Shown one piece after another: positions 12,286-26,205 of a stretch of DNA of 64,000 nt (its first letter is position 1; each line of letters starts with the position of its first letter). The notes beneath the pieces are model-generated. The model had not been told where the DNA came from, searched no databases, and saw only the letters and a program-made list of their open reading frames with translations. This DNA comes from Eledone cirrhosa (taxonomy: Eukaryota). The stretch is taken from contig OZ024743.1 of assembly GCA_964016885.1 (NCBI GenBank), positions 263,004,001 through 263,068,000 on the forward strand, written 5' to 3'. Made by a program: the position numbers and the translations under genes.

Positions 12286-12689
12286 TCATGTACTTTTTTC
12301 CGTTTTTCATTATTACTGCACAAGATTTCGAAGTAAATCATGCAACCAATAAAAACATAAGTCACTGAGACACACTTCACTCACTTACCATGGACTTAAC
12401 AAACAAACCACTCATTCAACTTTATCTGGCAATACCTACTACATTACTACAAATAAACTAAACAGATAAAAAAAAAAAAAAAATCTTTCGTACCCTTGCT
12501 ACGCCGTTTCTCGGGTATTTTAAAACCTAGCAGACCTTTCCCGGTCTGAATACAACTGATTCCTTCGAGAGAAAGATAAAGAGTGAGAAAGAGATATAGA
12601 ATAAGAATCAACCCAAGTATATATTTTTTTATCGATTTCGAGAGGTTGAAAGACAAAGCTAACCTCGGTGGGATTTGAACTCAGGGAGT

Positions 12690-12945
12690 CCAATAATTGG
12701 AATATTGGGAATAAATGTATTTTCCCCTTGATGATTGCCTCCAAAAATAGTGACCTCTAGGAGATGTTTCATAGATGTGGCGGGTCCAGGTTTCTCAAAA
12801 GGATGAAGGCAGTTCCAAACTATAGCGCCAATTTGTGTGGAGGAAGTCCAGGAAGTTCCAAGCTCTTAAGGAACTCTGCAGGATAATTAACAACTTCATC
12901 ACTCTCTTCAACCTGATTTACCATATCCTTTTTTGACGCTAAAAC
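12690..12945 (-). pseudogene. Helitron PIF1-like helicase fragment
   Basis: Manual translation YPAEFLKSLELPGLPPHKLAL*FGTAFILLRNLDPPHL* matches the Helitron motif YP.EFLNSL...GLPPH.L.LKVG.PI.LLRNLDP. Contains in-frame stops. Confidence 0.85.
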
Positions 12946-12962
12946 TGCTGCCAACACACAAA

Positions 12963-13103
<141 letters not shown>

Positions 13104-14342
13104 CGGGTCTAGGATAAAATTAAATTACACACAAATAATAAAGAATTAAATATTTAGTCAATCATACAGAAAAAGAAAGTAGCATTGCAACAAACTACAA
13201 ATGCTATACATGAGAGGGAAAAGTGGGAAAGAGTAAGGATTATTAATCCATGAAGTGTATTTCTTAAACAACTTGAAATTAACCAGAATGACTAACGTTT
13301 TAATCGTAGCTGGGTAAATTTTCTAGATCGACATACATAGAAGAAATTATAACGTTAGATTAGAAACGCCTCTCAGTATTTGTTCAGACTTTTCTCATTT
13401 TGAATGACAATCCAGCTGTGATCAACATTGCTTTTCTTCTATCTGTAAATGAAATAATAGGCCAGTGCTGTGGCTTGACGGAACCGTTAGAGCGTCGGTT
13501 GTGATGTTTGGTAGTATATTGTTTTTGGCCTATTCGACTGAAGACCTTGATGCCAAGCTGCATCGACTCTTGTTTTTTTCCCCAAGCTCAATGGGGTCAT
13601 GAAGGGGACCCGTTTTAAAGGCCATCAAGAGGCCCATAACGAAGTAGCTGAGAGGCAGCAGAGAAAAATCCTTCTAGTAGTGCATAGAAGTGTGGCAGAG
13701 AAAGTTGGAAAAATTCATTAGACTCGAAGAGGATTACTTTGAAGGGAAACCATGTAGTTTGTTGTTTGGAATTGAAATAAATTGTTTGTGACACTAGTCC
13801 CGTTACTTTTCAGATAGACTCATATATATTTACCAGAAGAAATGGCGCCTTTTGTTCGGCTTTCTGCTAACGTAGGTATTGTGTGCATGTCTTTTGTAAT
13901 ATATCTATCATTGTGTATAGATGTATAAAAAGGAGAAACCAAATTTTTGACATGCAAATGAAACGAACATGCAGATATATTTCGTTTTGTGGTTTATATA
14001 ATTTAATACAACCACATTTATTTGCAAAATGGTCACCCTCAATAATAAGCAATGACAGGAAACAACTCAAAACAGCATTATTGATGAGATTCAAAACCGT
14101 ATCGATTTTCGAATAAATGATTTTTTATCGACTCTCTAATACACTGTAACTACTATAATGAAAAGGCAATATTTCTTTCGTGATGCGAGATCGATGTGGA
14201 CTTACGTTGACATATTTGATTTTATAGATTTATTCACTTTAATACAATATTTGTTTACCGACCGCCATAGATATCGGTGTGTGTACACTATACATATTTA
14301 GCGAATTGCTTTATTGGTTTAATCTTCTCCGGAAGATACCAC

Positions 14343-14520
14343 TGGTAACCAACCACTAATTCAATAAGAAAGAAGATATAGAGAGCTGCTCGTCAGAACG
14401 AGGCCAGCAGCGAATAAGAGAGTGAGAAACACAAGTCTCGTCTATTTATAATGCCTACGGGAAGTAACTCTAATTAATTCTCTTTTTTTACCCTAGGGGT
14501 CGCTACAATACTCTCCTCCA
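14343..14520 (-). mobile_element. Gypsy 3' LTR (about 14343-14507) with polypurine tract (PPT)
   Basis: Minus strand GGAGGAGAGTAT|TGTAGCGACCCC … GGTTACCA, downstream of the integrase. The left boundary is uncertain. Confidence 0.6.
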
Positions 14521-14648
14521 GACGAGAGGCGAATAACCCCAAGGTAATTGTAGCGACCCCGCAAGAAATTGGGATCAAGGCAAAGGTATGAAAAAGGTAC
14601 ATGAAAAACAATACAAAAAAAAAGAAACTCTATAGTTAAAGAAAACTT

Positions 14649-15627
14649 TCAACTATTAAGAAACAAGGTAAAGAAAAGCATATAATACACAATACAAAAA
14701 AGGCTCCATAGTGGCCAGTTCAGATAAAAACTGTTTGACAAAATCTTTTGGGCCAGTGGACTCTTCGACCGGAACGGTGAAGGTGGGGCAGAAGGAGCAG
14801 GTGTATGTACAACAGTGAAATATGGGGGTATATGTGGCTCAGGTCTATGAGCGTCTGTGTATGCCCTTTTCAGTCTGTCAACCGAAATTGTCTCTCTGGA
14901 TCCCTTAATGTCTACAGTAAAATGTTTGTTAGTACGTGCTAACACACAGTAGGGACCAGAGTACCGTTGTGTGAGAGGTGGTCTAACAGTGTCATCTCTG
15001 ACAAAAACATGTATCCACGAGGCAATATCCCTCGGGACTGCAATTTTAACAGTTTGTTTCCTGGTATCCATAAGTGGTAAGTCCTGAAAATACGAGCGCA
15101 AACGAGATACATAGGAAAGGGGATCTTGAGTAGCAAGATCAACAGGGGAAAGCATTTGCCCAGGCAACGCTAGAGGAGCACCATACAACAATTCAGCCGG
15201 GGAGAATCCAAAGTCCTCCTTTATTGAAGACCGAATTCCTAATAACACAATAGGAAGGTACTCGCTCCAACGTAGAGAGTCTGGATAAGCGCGAAGAGCG
15301 GCTTTTAATTGGCGGTGAAAACGCTCCACCAATCCTTTTGAAGCAGGATGATAAGATGTAGTCCGAATGCGTTGAGCGTCAATAATTTTTGTTAACTCCG
15401 AGAAAAGATCGAATTGCCTACCACGGTCTGTAGTAATTGTGGTTGGCACGCCATAGCGGGCAATCCACCATGATACCAGAGCACGCGCTATCGGGTCGGC
15501 GGTAATATCCTTTAAGGGGATGGCTTCAGGCCATCGCGAAAAAACGATCAATGCAGGTCAAAAGGTAAGAATATCCACTACTGACTGGCCAAGGTCCAAT
15601 GATATCGATGAGGATGTGTCGAAAACG
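14649..15627 (-). pseudogene. Ty3/Gypsy integrase (rve core and GPY/F), frameshifted near 15545
   Basis: RFRHILIDIIGP…[45 protein letters not shown]. Truncated at about 15630 by the HHR element. Confidence 0.93.
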
Positions 15628-15804
15628 AAATAATCGAATATAAAAGAAAAACGAACACAGATATATACATATATGTGTTCAAACCGTAAGGGACCGGATT
15701 CGCTAAGGTGAAAAGAATACTAACTACAGACAATTGGGTTTTCTTGTCTCAATTTAAGAAAAAATCAAGAAAATAAATACAAACCGCAATTGTGGTAACT
15801 ACCA

Positions 15805-15882
15805 ATCACCCAGACAACTTGGTGTTGTTTCGCAATGTTAATTGTGAATAAAATTACCAATTCAAGCTCATCAGTGGGTGAT
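15805..15882 (-). ncRNA. Canonical type I hammerhead ribozyme
   Basis: atcaccca CTGATGA gc[32 nt]gc GAA ACAAC accaa GTTGT C tgggtgat: 8-bp stem I, 5-bp stem III, GUC site. Confidence 0.85.
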
Positions 15883-16310
15883 GAATTAGTATCCTAGACA
15901 CTTCTAAGTATATTAAGAACCTGAAAAGTGTGCTATATATAATAGCGCACATGGTATCTTAGCTTGTCTCACAAACCTACACCACTAAAAATAGCAGCCA
16001 GGTTTATTCGACATTTGAAATAGCTCAACAAATTAACGGAGCCGAATATATCAAATGTATATATTGAGTTAGGAACTAAAAATAGTCTCTTACAACAAAA
16101 TAGCTCTAAGAACGAGACATTTCCGAGTCGTATATTATAGTAGAATATAAAAGAAAACGAACACAGATATATACATATATGTGTTCAAATCGTAAGGGAC
16201 CAGATGCGCTAAGGTGAAAAGAATACTAACTATAGACAATTGGGTTTGCTTGTCTCAATTTAAGAAAAAATCAAGAAAATAAATACAAACCGGAATTATG
16301 GTAACTACCG

Positions 16311-16388
16311 ATCACCCAGACAACTTGGTGTTGTTTCGCAATGTTAATTGTGAATAGAATTACCAATTCAAGCTCATCAGTGGGTGAT
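16311..16388 (-). ncRNA. Canonical type I hammerhead ribozyme (second tandem copy)
   Basis: Same core and stems as 15805-15882. Confidence 0.85.
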
Positions 16389-17147
16389 GAATTAGTATCC
16401 TAGACACTTCTAAGTATACTAAGAAACTGAATGAGCTTGAATTGGTAATTCTATTCACAATTAACATTGCGAAACAACAACAAGTTGTCTGGGTGATTGG
16501 TAGTTACCACAATTCCGGTTTGTATTTATTTTCTTGATTTTTTCTTAAATTGAGAAAAGCAAACCCAATTGTCTGTAGTTAGTATTCTTTTCACCTTAGC
16601 GAATCTGGTCCCTTACGATTTCAACACATATATGTATATATCTGTGTTCGTTTTTCTTTTATATTCTATTATAATATACGGCTCGGAAATATCTCTTTCT
16701 CAGAGCTATTTTGTTGTAAGAGACTATTTTGAGTTCCTAACTCAATATATATCTTTGATATACATATTTATATATATATACATATATATATACATACATA
16801 TATATATATATAATTTTTTATTAATTGTATGTTTATGTATTCTCCTCATAAATTAATTCTAATGACAAGGTGAATAATTAAGTATAGGAAGGACAACAAA
16901 CTGTGACAAATTTTCAAGCAAAATACACTCTTGTTCCTATTAACATAATAAAATATCGTAGAACAAGGCAGCAGATGGAATCCTAAGCTTTATACAATCG
17001 CTATCGATTTTGGTAAATCAATAATGCCTCACGTCCCAAATTCAATCCTTAACAAATATACATTATTTTTGGAGTAATTAAGGAAGACAAACGTTTGATA
17101 CAAACCTTTGACACAATTGAACCCCACATAAATGTTCACACACAAAT

Positions 17148-17229
<82 letters not shown>

Positions 17230-17289
17230 TAAAAATGCCATCTGGACCATTATTTTGAATAGTAAAAGTATTTTCTATTTTAACCAAAT

Positions 17290-17870
17290 GAATTCAATTA
17301 AATCCTAACCCGGTGAACCCCACTTTCACCTTCAGTGAACAAAATGATTAACGATGCATGTAAAGCTTTCACTTCAGCCTGTATAAACTCACAACACACC
17401 GATGACATTAAATCAAGACCAATTGTAGCGGGCCCAAATTGTGAAATACAGAGACTCGGTAACTTTATAGACATAATATTGAAATCAATTCTAAAATATA
17501 TATCAAACCTCATAAGAGATGACCTAGACCTCTTAAACAACCTGCATAAACAGGTCAACATACATACCATTATTTTATCATTTGATGTAGTAAACCTCTA
17601 CACTACGATCCTACACCAATACGGACTAAAGGCAATAGGGTTCTGGCTCAAAAATTCCCTAATTCAATCCCGCAAAGAATAGAAAAAGGATTCATCACCG
17701 AGGGACTAAAATTCATTCTGCAAAATAATTGTTTTAATTTCAATGGCAATACTTACAAACAAATATAGAGTACTGCGATGGACACAAAAGTTGCCAATTT
17801 AGTCATGGCATGCCTGGAAGTCCATATTAAATCCAGATTAAAATATGACTTGAATTTCCACAAATCTTTG
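17290..17870 (+). pseudogene. Penelope-like RT fragment
   Basis: SRPIVAGPNC…FIDIILK…LSFDVVNLYT…, then after a frameshift LKFILQNNCFNFNG.TYKQ..TAM. Confidence 0.85.
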
Positions 17871-18797
17871 CTAGACACTAATCGCTGATTAAGTCGATCG
17901 TCGCATTTTAACTAATTTGGTCACCAATTATTTCACACTAATGCTACCTGAAATTCACATAAAGTGTATGTATCTATTTATGGACTCGTAACTCGAGGTG
18001 GTGTCTTACTGACACATGGCGTTTCTTGGGCGTTTAAACTCAGGCGGAGCCCATCTCTCCTCCAGGTCTAAATACGTTCCATTTATTCAAGAGTAAGAGA
18101 GTGATAGAAAAGAAGTGAGAAAGATATATAAAGAAACAACCCCAATACTGGATTAGTACTTTATTTTAATCGACCTTGAAAGGATGGAACGTAAAGTTGA
18201 TTTCAGCGGGATTTTAACTCAGAGCGCAGATAGCCAGAATGAATACTGCAAAACATTCTATCTGACGTTCTAATGGCTCTGCCACTTCACCGCATGGAAT
18301 ATTGTGCCTTATGGATACCAATTCAACGTACGGTAGTTCAGTTGATCAAACAACTGAATCCTCATCGTCAAGAACGTCGAAGATTAATTTACGTTTAGGC
18401 AGATATGGAAGCTATTTACAAAAGTGTGTCTATCAACAGCAATATCATCATCTCAGATTATATCAAATTAACAAAACTTCTATCACAGTTGATACGATGC
18501 AAATATGGAGAAAAACACAAAGAAAAAAAAAAAAATAAAGAGCGATTAAATCCGATCGTCGCCGCCGCCACCGCCACCGCCGCCACAGCCATCGCCACCA
18601 CCACCACCACCACCACCGCCGCCGCCGCCGCCACCACCATTGCCACCGCCGTCCCCATCAACGCCGCCGCTGCCCTATTGCCCATTTATAGCTTGAAGAG
18701 CTTCCATAGCTGATATCGTATTACATATGCAATTTTCTCCAACAATCATATATCAATGAATTTTGACAAACCGGCAACAGTTTATTCTGCAGTTAAA

Positions 18798-18874
<77 letters not shown>

Positions 18875-19251
18875 ATTATATAGTTACCTGTATATGTATA
18901 TTTACCAATGTATTTATTTAGAAAATCTGAGTCGCAGTCTGAAAATACTCAGATACAAAGTCATCGAATTTAGTGGATATATGTCATAATGATTAAAGAA
19001 AATATGGAAGAAATTTATTGTAATTCATATAAATGAATGTAAAATAAATATTAAATCATATATCTTGATGCCATCTTTGATTTTCTGGTTTTCTGTTTGT
19101 TTATTTATTTGTTTATTTATTTATTTATTTATTCAATCAATTTAAACGTCGATGGTAAGTCATGACAGATAGGGAGATGTATCTAATACGCCTTTTGATT
19201 AAGGAACAAAAAACAATGTATTCACACACACATACACACACACACATATAT

Positions 19252-19283
<32 letters not shown>

Positions 19284-19484
19284 GTGAGCTTTATATAATA
19301 ATTATTATTTCTACATTTGACACAAGGCCAGCAATTATCCCAATGCATTACTGGTACTTTATTTTATCGACCCCCGTAAGTATGAAAGGCAAAGTTAACC
19401 TCGGCGGGATTTGAACGCAGACCGGGAAGGGACATAACTCTTTGCTGGAAAGCATGGCGTCTGACACTCTACCGATACTCAATA

Positions 19485-19930
19485 ATAATATCCGATTCGT
19501 TTGCAAGCAAACAGCCTCATTACGCTATGTTCTTTAGATGATCGACGTCATCCTTTCTTCTAGCAGTGGCATATAGAAACAATCTACAACGTTGTTTCAT
19601 GGTTATTGCCCTTTGACAAGACTATATCTCTTTCTGCCACTGACTTGAACTGTTGAAAATATATTATTTTCTAAAGTATGCATCGGCTGATTAGCCTCAT
19701 TTGCATACCGAGCGTTTTTAAGGTTGGTTTGTCGAGCATTAAAAACAAAATTTGGTATCTCGCTCTTACATAGCTGGTTACATAAATGTATTTGTGAGTT
19801 TTATATCGAATGATAATAACAATATTCGATTCGTTTGCAAGCAAGCAGCTTCATTACTCTACGTTTTTTAGATGACCGTCGGCATACTTTTGTTCTAGCA
19901 GTGACATATATATAAATAGAATCTACGGTG
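19485..19930 (-). mobile_element. Old tandem unit of about 330 bp with a decayed U3-A8-type HHR (19580-19624) and an octamer (19699-19706)
   Basis: 19485-19590 is repeated at about 19817-19927. Minus strand: tagtc TTGTCAA aggg caataa ccat GAA ACAACGTTGT A gattg. Similar to 61480-61610. Confidence 0.6.
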
Positions 19931-20091
19931 CTGAGACCGAGGAGACCATTAACCATGTGAATACTCAATACATGGGGAAATGCAGAGTGGGTATAAAGAT
20001 ATATAAAATCCTGACCGCGGCGGCAAACGGTTTCGGCGCTGCGGTCGAGATTTTACACCTCTCGCTTTCTCCCCCCCCCCCCCTCCCCCCT

Positions 20092-20201
<110 letters not shown>

Positions 20202-20326
20202 AAGAAGGACAAACACAGACAGAGATATGAACTCTCCTCTCAAAATATGTATGTAAAAATTTATAATTTTTCGTTCCCTTTTTATTATTATTTGTATAAA
20301 TATGGAACTTAACCATATTATGCATA

Positions 20327-20380
20327 TCCGCAGTTGACAATGCATATACTGCTGAAACCGGTACCATTATTAAATGCGGA
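20327..20380 (+). ncRNA. Possible U3-A8 hammerhead
   Basis: g TTGACAA tgca tatac tgct GAA ACCGGT A c. Stem I is weak: 1 bp, then tccgca/tgcgga after a bulge. Confidence 0.4.
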
Positions 20381-20534
20381 AATATCCTCTTTATAAATAA
20401 ATAAATGTTTTGATATTACACTGAAAGAATCTCTTCAGCATTTTCTACTGAAAATATCTTTTTCCTTTCTACTATTTGTTTTTATATATATATCAACTCG
20501 TGTGTTACTTTTCTACATTCGATATATATATATT

Positions 20535-20589
<55 letters not shown>

Positions 20590-20591
<2 letters not shown>

Positions 20592-21041
20592 AAGGAGCTC
20601 TTAAGAGTCAATGGCCGTCCAAAATCACCGGGAGAGATGACCCCTTAGGCTTTGTCAAGGCAGAATTCTAGGAGAAGGAAAACTCTGATATAACACCTGC
20701 AACCCTGATGGTATCCAATGATCCAATGACTTGTTCTTCTTTTTGGTAAATATCATCTTGGTTAAGAGAGTGGGACTGGCTTTGTGCAGTGCCTTTGCTC
20801 ACTATGAAAGCTTCACAGCACAGGCATTGCTTTATATCTGGAGATCTCTCTGCACTTGTCGTCACATGGTACCATGGGCCCAGCACTATGTGTCAATAAT
20901 TGTCACAAGTGTAGTGTTTGTACCAGAGTTTTCAAGTCGCTGGCTGGACTAAAAAGTCACACTCGTTCAGCGCATTGGTAGGAGTTCTCCTACATGGATA
21001 TAAAGTAGTGGCCGTACTCGAAAACGAGTTGGCAGCCACCA
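20590..21041 (+). mobile_element. Non-coding interspersed repeat, probably an RTE-derived non-autonomous element; longer copy at 53600-54207
   Basis: About 450 bp near-identical to 53758-54207. Contains CTAGGAGAAGGAAAACTCTG (RTE 5'UTR-like) and a 3' hairpin before a microsatellite tail. Confidence 0.7.
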
Positions 21042-21116
21042 TATATATATATATGTATGCATATATGTATGTATATATATATATATATAAATATATATAT
21101 ATCGAATGTAGAAAAG

Positions 21117-21238
<122 letters not shown>

Positions 21239-21397
21239 GGGGGAACAAAAAAGGCAAAAGAGGCCAAAAATAAGAGATAAAACAAAAGTAAAAAATAAGG
21301 TCAACTATAAAGCAGCTAAATATTTCTGTTGTTGAATCTTTTCATAGCCTCCATGTATTAGAAGACCGTGTTTATATTTGGTAGATTCTTGGCAATA

Positions 21398-21596
21398 TAC
21401 GAGAGTCGACTGAAAAGTTGATAGGCTGACCAAGAATCTCTCTTCGAATGAGAAGTTTACTTTTCAACATGGTCTCTGGAAAAAAACAATAATGCAGTTA
21501 TTAATAAGAAGAGTTAAAATTAGTGCATGCTAGATTTCAAAGCTCTAGCATCAATTCTTCATAGTCGGACTATGAACTTTTCAGCCGATCCTCATA
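21398..21596. mobile_element. Tc1/mariner-type MITE
   Basis: TACGAGAGTCGACTGAAAAGTTGATAG … CTATGAACTTTTCAGCCGATCCTCATA: imperfect TIRs with TA ends. Confidence 0.7.
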
Positions 21597-21862
21597 TTGC
21601 ACCTCCACTGTTGGTAGTGTTTTTTAAAGGTCAGTGTCAAAATGTTTTCTCTCTCAGATTTACACTGGAACCCCAGCCCACATAAAAAATAACTCAGTGC
21701 CATAAGTTTCTGGAAAACCTCCATATGAACTTCGTAATTCAGTAGGTCATTCTGTTGAAGGGATAAATATTCTGACAATTACTAATTCGTTATTTCATAT
21801 TTTTACTGGGTAGTGTATTTATTACCGTTTCATAATTACATCATTTTGGTATATTTCTCTTT

Positions 21863-22375
<513 letters not shown>

Positions 22376-22452
22376 CACGTCAGTTCTACACCCATGAGAA
22401 TGTTTAAGAAAACTAATGTTGTCAGGACAAGAACAATAACGATAATATTGTG

Positions 22453-22513
<61 letters not shown>

Positions 22514-22761
22514 TTTCTTTATTAACCACAAGGGTTTACATAAAGTAGACATTAAGGACAGTGCAGGACAATGCAGGACGGTACAAATGGGCATTTCTGC
22601 GTGTAAAAAACAAAAACAGAGGATGTAACAAAAAATAACAATGAAAAATTCCCCAATAGGGGGGAGACTTCGGAGGGACATATGTGAAGAAAGCCCATTA
22701 AAAGACCACAGTGACTCTGACCACCAGGGCAAGTGCCCTCTCCCAGTTTTCCACCTTTAAT

Positions 22762-25700
22762 TTACAGACACATACTCAGAGAAGGCCCATTCATTCGGGC
22801 CATACTTGCTTCTCTCACCCATCTTTCAACAAAATTCTGGGAAGAGAGCACTTCCCTCTCTACCCTGATTTTCCTTTTCAAATGAAATTTGAAAAAGTTA
22901 ATCAGGGCATCACCGAAGAGGTAAGTGCTCGTCTTCAGCCCTTTCAAACGTGTCCACCATACTATCTCTTTCGCCATGGCCACCAGACAGATAAAAACTG
23001 CCTGCCCTTCCCGGCTAAAGGAAGAGGGCGGGGCAATCCTCACGATGGACTCAGCTGATAGCTGGATTCGTCCTACACGTGACAGCAGGTGTTCGACATA
23101 AACCCACAAGTCAGCAATGCTCGGACACTGGACGAGTGCGTGCAGGACGGTTTCGTCGCCCTGTGCGCATCTCGGACATGCCCGACTGACGGCACCTCCA
23201 TGCCTGTAGAGTTTATCCCGAACTGGCAAAGCTCCCCGGTAGCACTGCCAGGCCAGGGATTTCTGGAAGTTGTCCATAGGCCCCGGCCCGAAAGTCCTTC
23301 CGAAGAGATTGGCTAGTTGATTTTCGTCGACGCCTAGAGTTTCTCCAAGTACGTCGTCGCTCTTCCCCTCCACTAATCCCCTATAGAACGCCAAGGTGGA
23401 GTTTCCACCTATCACATTGCCCGATTGGTCGAGGGCTGTGAGCGCCTGAAGACATTCCAGTCTCCAGGCGCCCCCTCTCGGTCTTCGCTTGACCCAGGAC
23501 TACAGCTCCGTCAAGGAAACGAGCTGGGGAAATACGTGTCTAGCAAACGGCGACCACACCTGATCACCGTCGAGGAAGAGGTGGAGATGTCGTAGCCTGA
23601 GCGCGTGCCTGCGCATCATCAGCCACGGCATGCCCAGCCCTCCACGTAGCGGGTGTTGACAACAGATGGACCGCCTGTACATCGGAGCGCGTCCCTTCCA
23701 CAAAAAGCGAAAGAGCAAACGCTCCAGCGCAGTCAGGCGAGGCTTAGGACAAGGTACGACGGTCAGGCGGTAGCAGATGACAGACGCGATGTACGCGTTG
23801 CCACCTCCGCTCGACCTTTCAGGGATAGCTTCTTCTTCGCCCATTTCTGGGTGAGAGAAGCCACCCTGCTCGTCACCTCGTCCCAGTTTTTGTCCGTCTG
23901 GAGGTCCGGACCGAACCAGACCCCTAGTAATTTAACCGGTCCGTCCGTCCAGCGTCCGACGACGCTGTTGGACGGCATGGACCTGCCTCTCCAGGTGCCG
24001 AGCTGCAGGCCCACTGACTTTTCCTGGTTGATCATTGATCCTGTCACCGCTTCGTATTCTCTTAGTGTAGTGCCGATCGCCTCGATGTGTTTGGCGTTCG
24101 ACACCACTACGGTGACATCGTCCGCATATGCTGACACGGATCTTCCGCATCCTAGTTCGCGCGGGACGCCCCTCAACATCTCCAGTTTGTGCAGTAATGG
24201 CTCGAGAGTCAATACGTACAAGAGGGACGAGAGGGGACATCCTTGGCGGACCGAGCGCATGATGTTGAACGGTTCCGACAGGTGACCGTTCACTCTCACC
24301 ACAGAACAGATGTCGCTGTGCATGGCAGCGATCCAGCCTCTGAAGACGGGCCCAAAGCCAGCCGCCCTCAGGACTGCCGCTAGGTAACGATGGTCGACCC
24401 TATCGAAAGCTTTCGACTGATCTAAATTTATCAAGGACCCACCCGTGCCAGGTTCCTTAGCTACCCTCTCTACGATGTATCGCATGAGGTGGAGGTTGTC
24501 GTGGATGGATCTGTCGGGAATGGCGCATGTCTGCGCCTCTCCCACCAGACCACCAACGACAAGCGCCAACCTCTTTGCTAGCACCTTGGTCAAAATCTTG
24601 AACTCTGTGTTTAGCAGAGTTATGGGCCGGAAATTATCTATGTTATCCCCCTTGTTCGGATCCTTTCTCAGCAGTGCCACCGCTCCTCGGCTCACAGAAC
24701 TGGGAATTCTCCCGTTCTGTTGCCAGTTGCAGTAGACGTCCGCCAAGAGGCCTCCGAACAAGTCTGGCATCTGTACGTAAAGTTCATAGGGCAGACCATC
24801 CAAACCAGGCGATTTACCCCTTGTGCAGCCAGTCATTGCCTCCCTTACTTCAGCGGCTGTTATCGGCTTTTCGCAACACTTCACCTCAGTAGCCGAGATC
24901 CGCGGCAGTCCGTCGAGGTAGACACTAAAGTCCATCCCTCGACCCGGCCCACCGTTGCCCCCGAACAGCTGAGCGAAGTGTCGCTGAAAAGCTTCACACA
25001 TTTGCCCGGGATCGAGTAGCATGCGCCCGTCGTGGTCCACCAAAGACCGGATCGTGGCTTTGTTGCCACGACGCGCCTCCGCCACTCGGGCCCATTGAAC
25101 GGCTTTCGTCCCCTCGTGTCTGAGAGCACGCACCCTTGCTCTGACAACGCAGCCTTCGTGCTTTGCATTGAAGAATTGGTCAAGGGCCAATTTCGCCGCA
25201 AGCACGTCGGTCGCAATGCCTTTGCTAAGCGCCTCGTCTAATTTTCTAACTAGTTCTCCCTCTGCTCTATTTTTCTCTATTGCTAAAGCCTTACTAAACC
25301 TAATGGATTCTATTCTAATCGCTCTTTTCAGAGCAAACCACCACTTGTTGTTGACGATGGCCCCCGTCAACGCCCGCTTAACTAGTTCGCTAATCCGGTC
25401 TCTGTAGGCCTTGTGCGCTGGTAAGGACGCGTTTAGCTTCCAGTAGCCGGGTCCTCGTCTATGAAGCCTATCTAAGTCAAGCACACAGATCACGAATTTG
25501 TGGTCCGTGTAGCTGACTATCTTGAATTGTATGCTAGACCTATCTATTTCCCTACAAAATACTCTATCTAGATATGATCTGGATGACCCTATGCGATTTG
25601 TCCAAGTCCACATTGGCACATTCGGGAAATCCAATCGGTACCTGTCAGACAGTTCAAAACGCCTGAGAAGGTTGGTGAGGCTCTTGCACCCTCCACCCCT

Positions 25701-26170
25701 ATCCGCTAATCCCACACAGTCCCAGCGTGCATCTAAGATCCCGTTCCAGTCGCCCACTAACACTAAAGAGCGGGACGTTCCAAGAAAGGTCTCCAGACGC
25801 CGGAAGAAATCAGGCCGCCCTGCTCCTGTCGGGGCATAGACGGCCACTAGCCTGAAAGCTTGCCCGTCTCCGCTGGTCACGTCCAGCACCACCAGCTTAC
25901 CCTCTGTGTCCAGGAAGATGGCCCGTATGGCGAGATCCAAACCTCTCCGAAAAAGCACAGCAACTCCACCCCCCGATCCAGGACGGCTGGGAATGCGTAC
26001 ACATCGTAGCCGCCGAAGATCGGTGCGAAGGCCCGTGCTTCGGAGATTCTGGTCTCGCTGATGGCCACTACATCTATGTTTAGTGACCTGAGGTCGTTGA
26101 GCAGGTGACCCTGCTTCCATGACGACCCCAAGCCACGCGCATTTATGCTGCCTATTCTGAGTGAGGTCAT
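22762..26170 (-). pseudogene. Tx1 ORF2 (APE endonuclease, RT, zf-RVT), frameshifted
   Basis: MTSLRIGSINARGL, GDWN, SYLDR, TDH, SPGLDGLP, FRPITLLN, LDQSKAFDRVDH, QGCPLS, YADD, CPRC…H…C. Split over 4 ORFs. Confidence 0.95.
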
Positions 26171-26205
26171 GTTTACAATAGAGTGGAAATGATGGGAAAG
26201 ACCAC

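Larger units (their letters stand above)
15637..16765. mobile_element. Non-coding retrozyme-like element: 506-bp unit x1.6 (15637-16430) followed by an inverted partial copy (16431-16765)
   Basis: Direct repeat with offset 506. 16431-16765 is the reverse complement of about 16045-16377. Confidence 0.9.

Noticed and set aside
15637-16430. CRISPR-like or other repeat-spacer array
   Set aside because: No short repeats with unique spacers occur here or elsewhere in the window. The repeats are retroelement-derived, the context is eukaryotic and there are no cas genes.
18405-18713. Ala/Thr-rich ORF
   Set aside because: It is a (GCC/ACC)n trinucleotide repeat with no domain.
23653-25839. Plus-strand ORFs overlapping Tx1 ORF2
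   Set aside because: They are antisense shadows of a GC-rich coding sequence.
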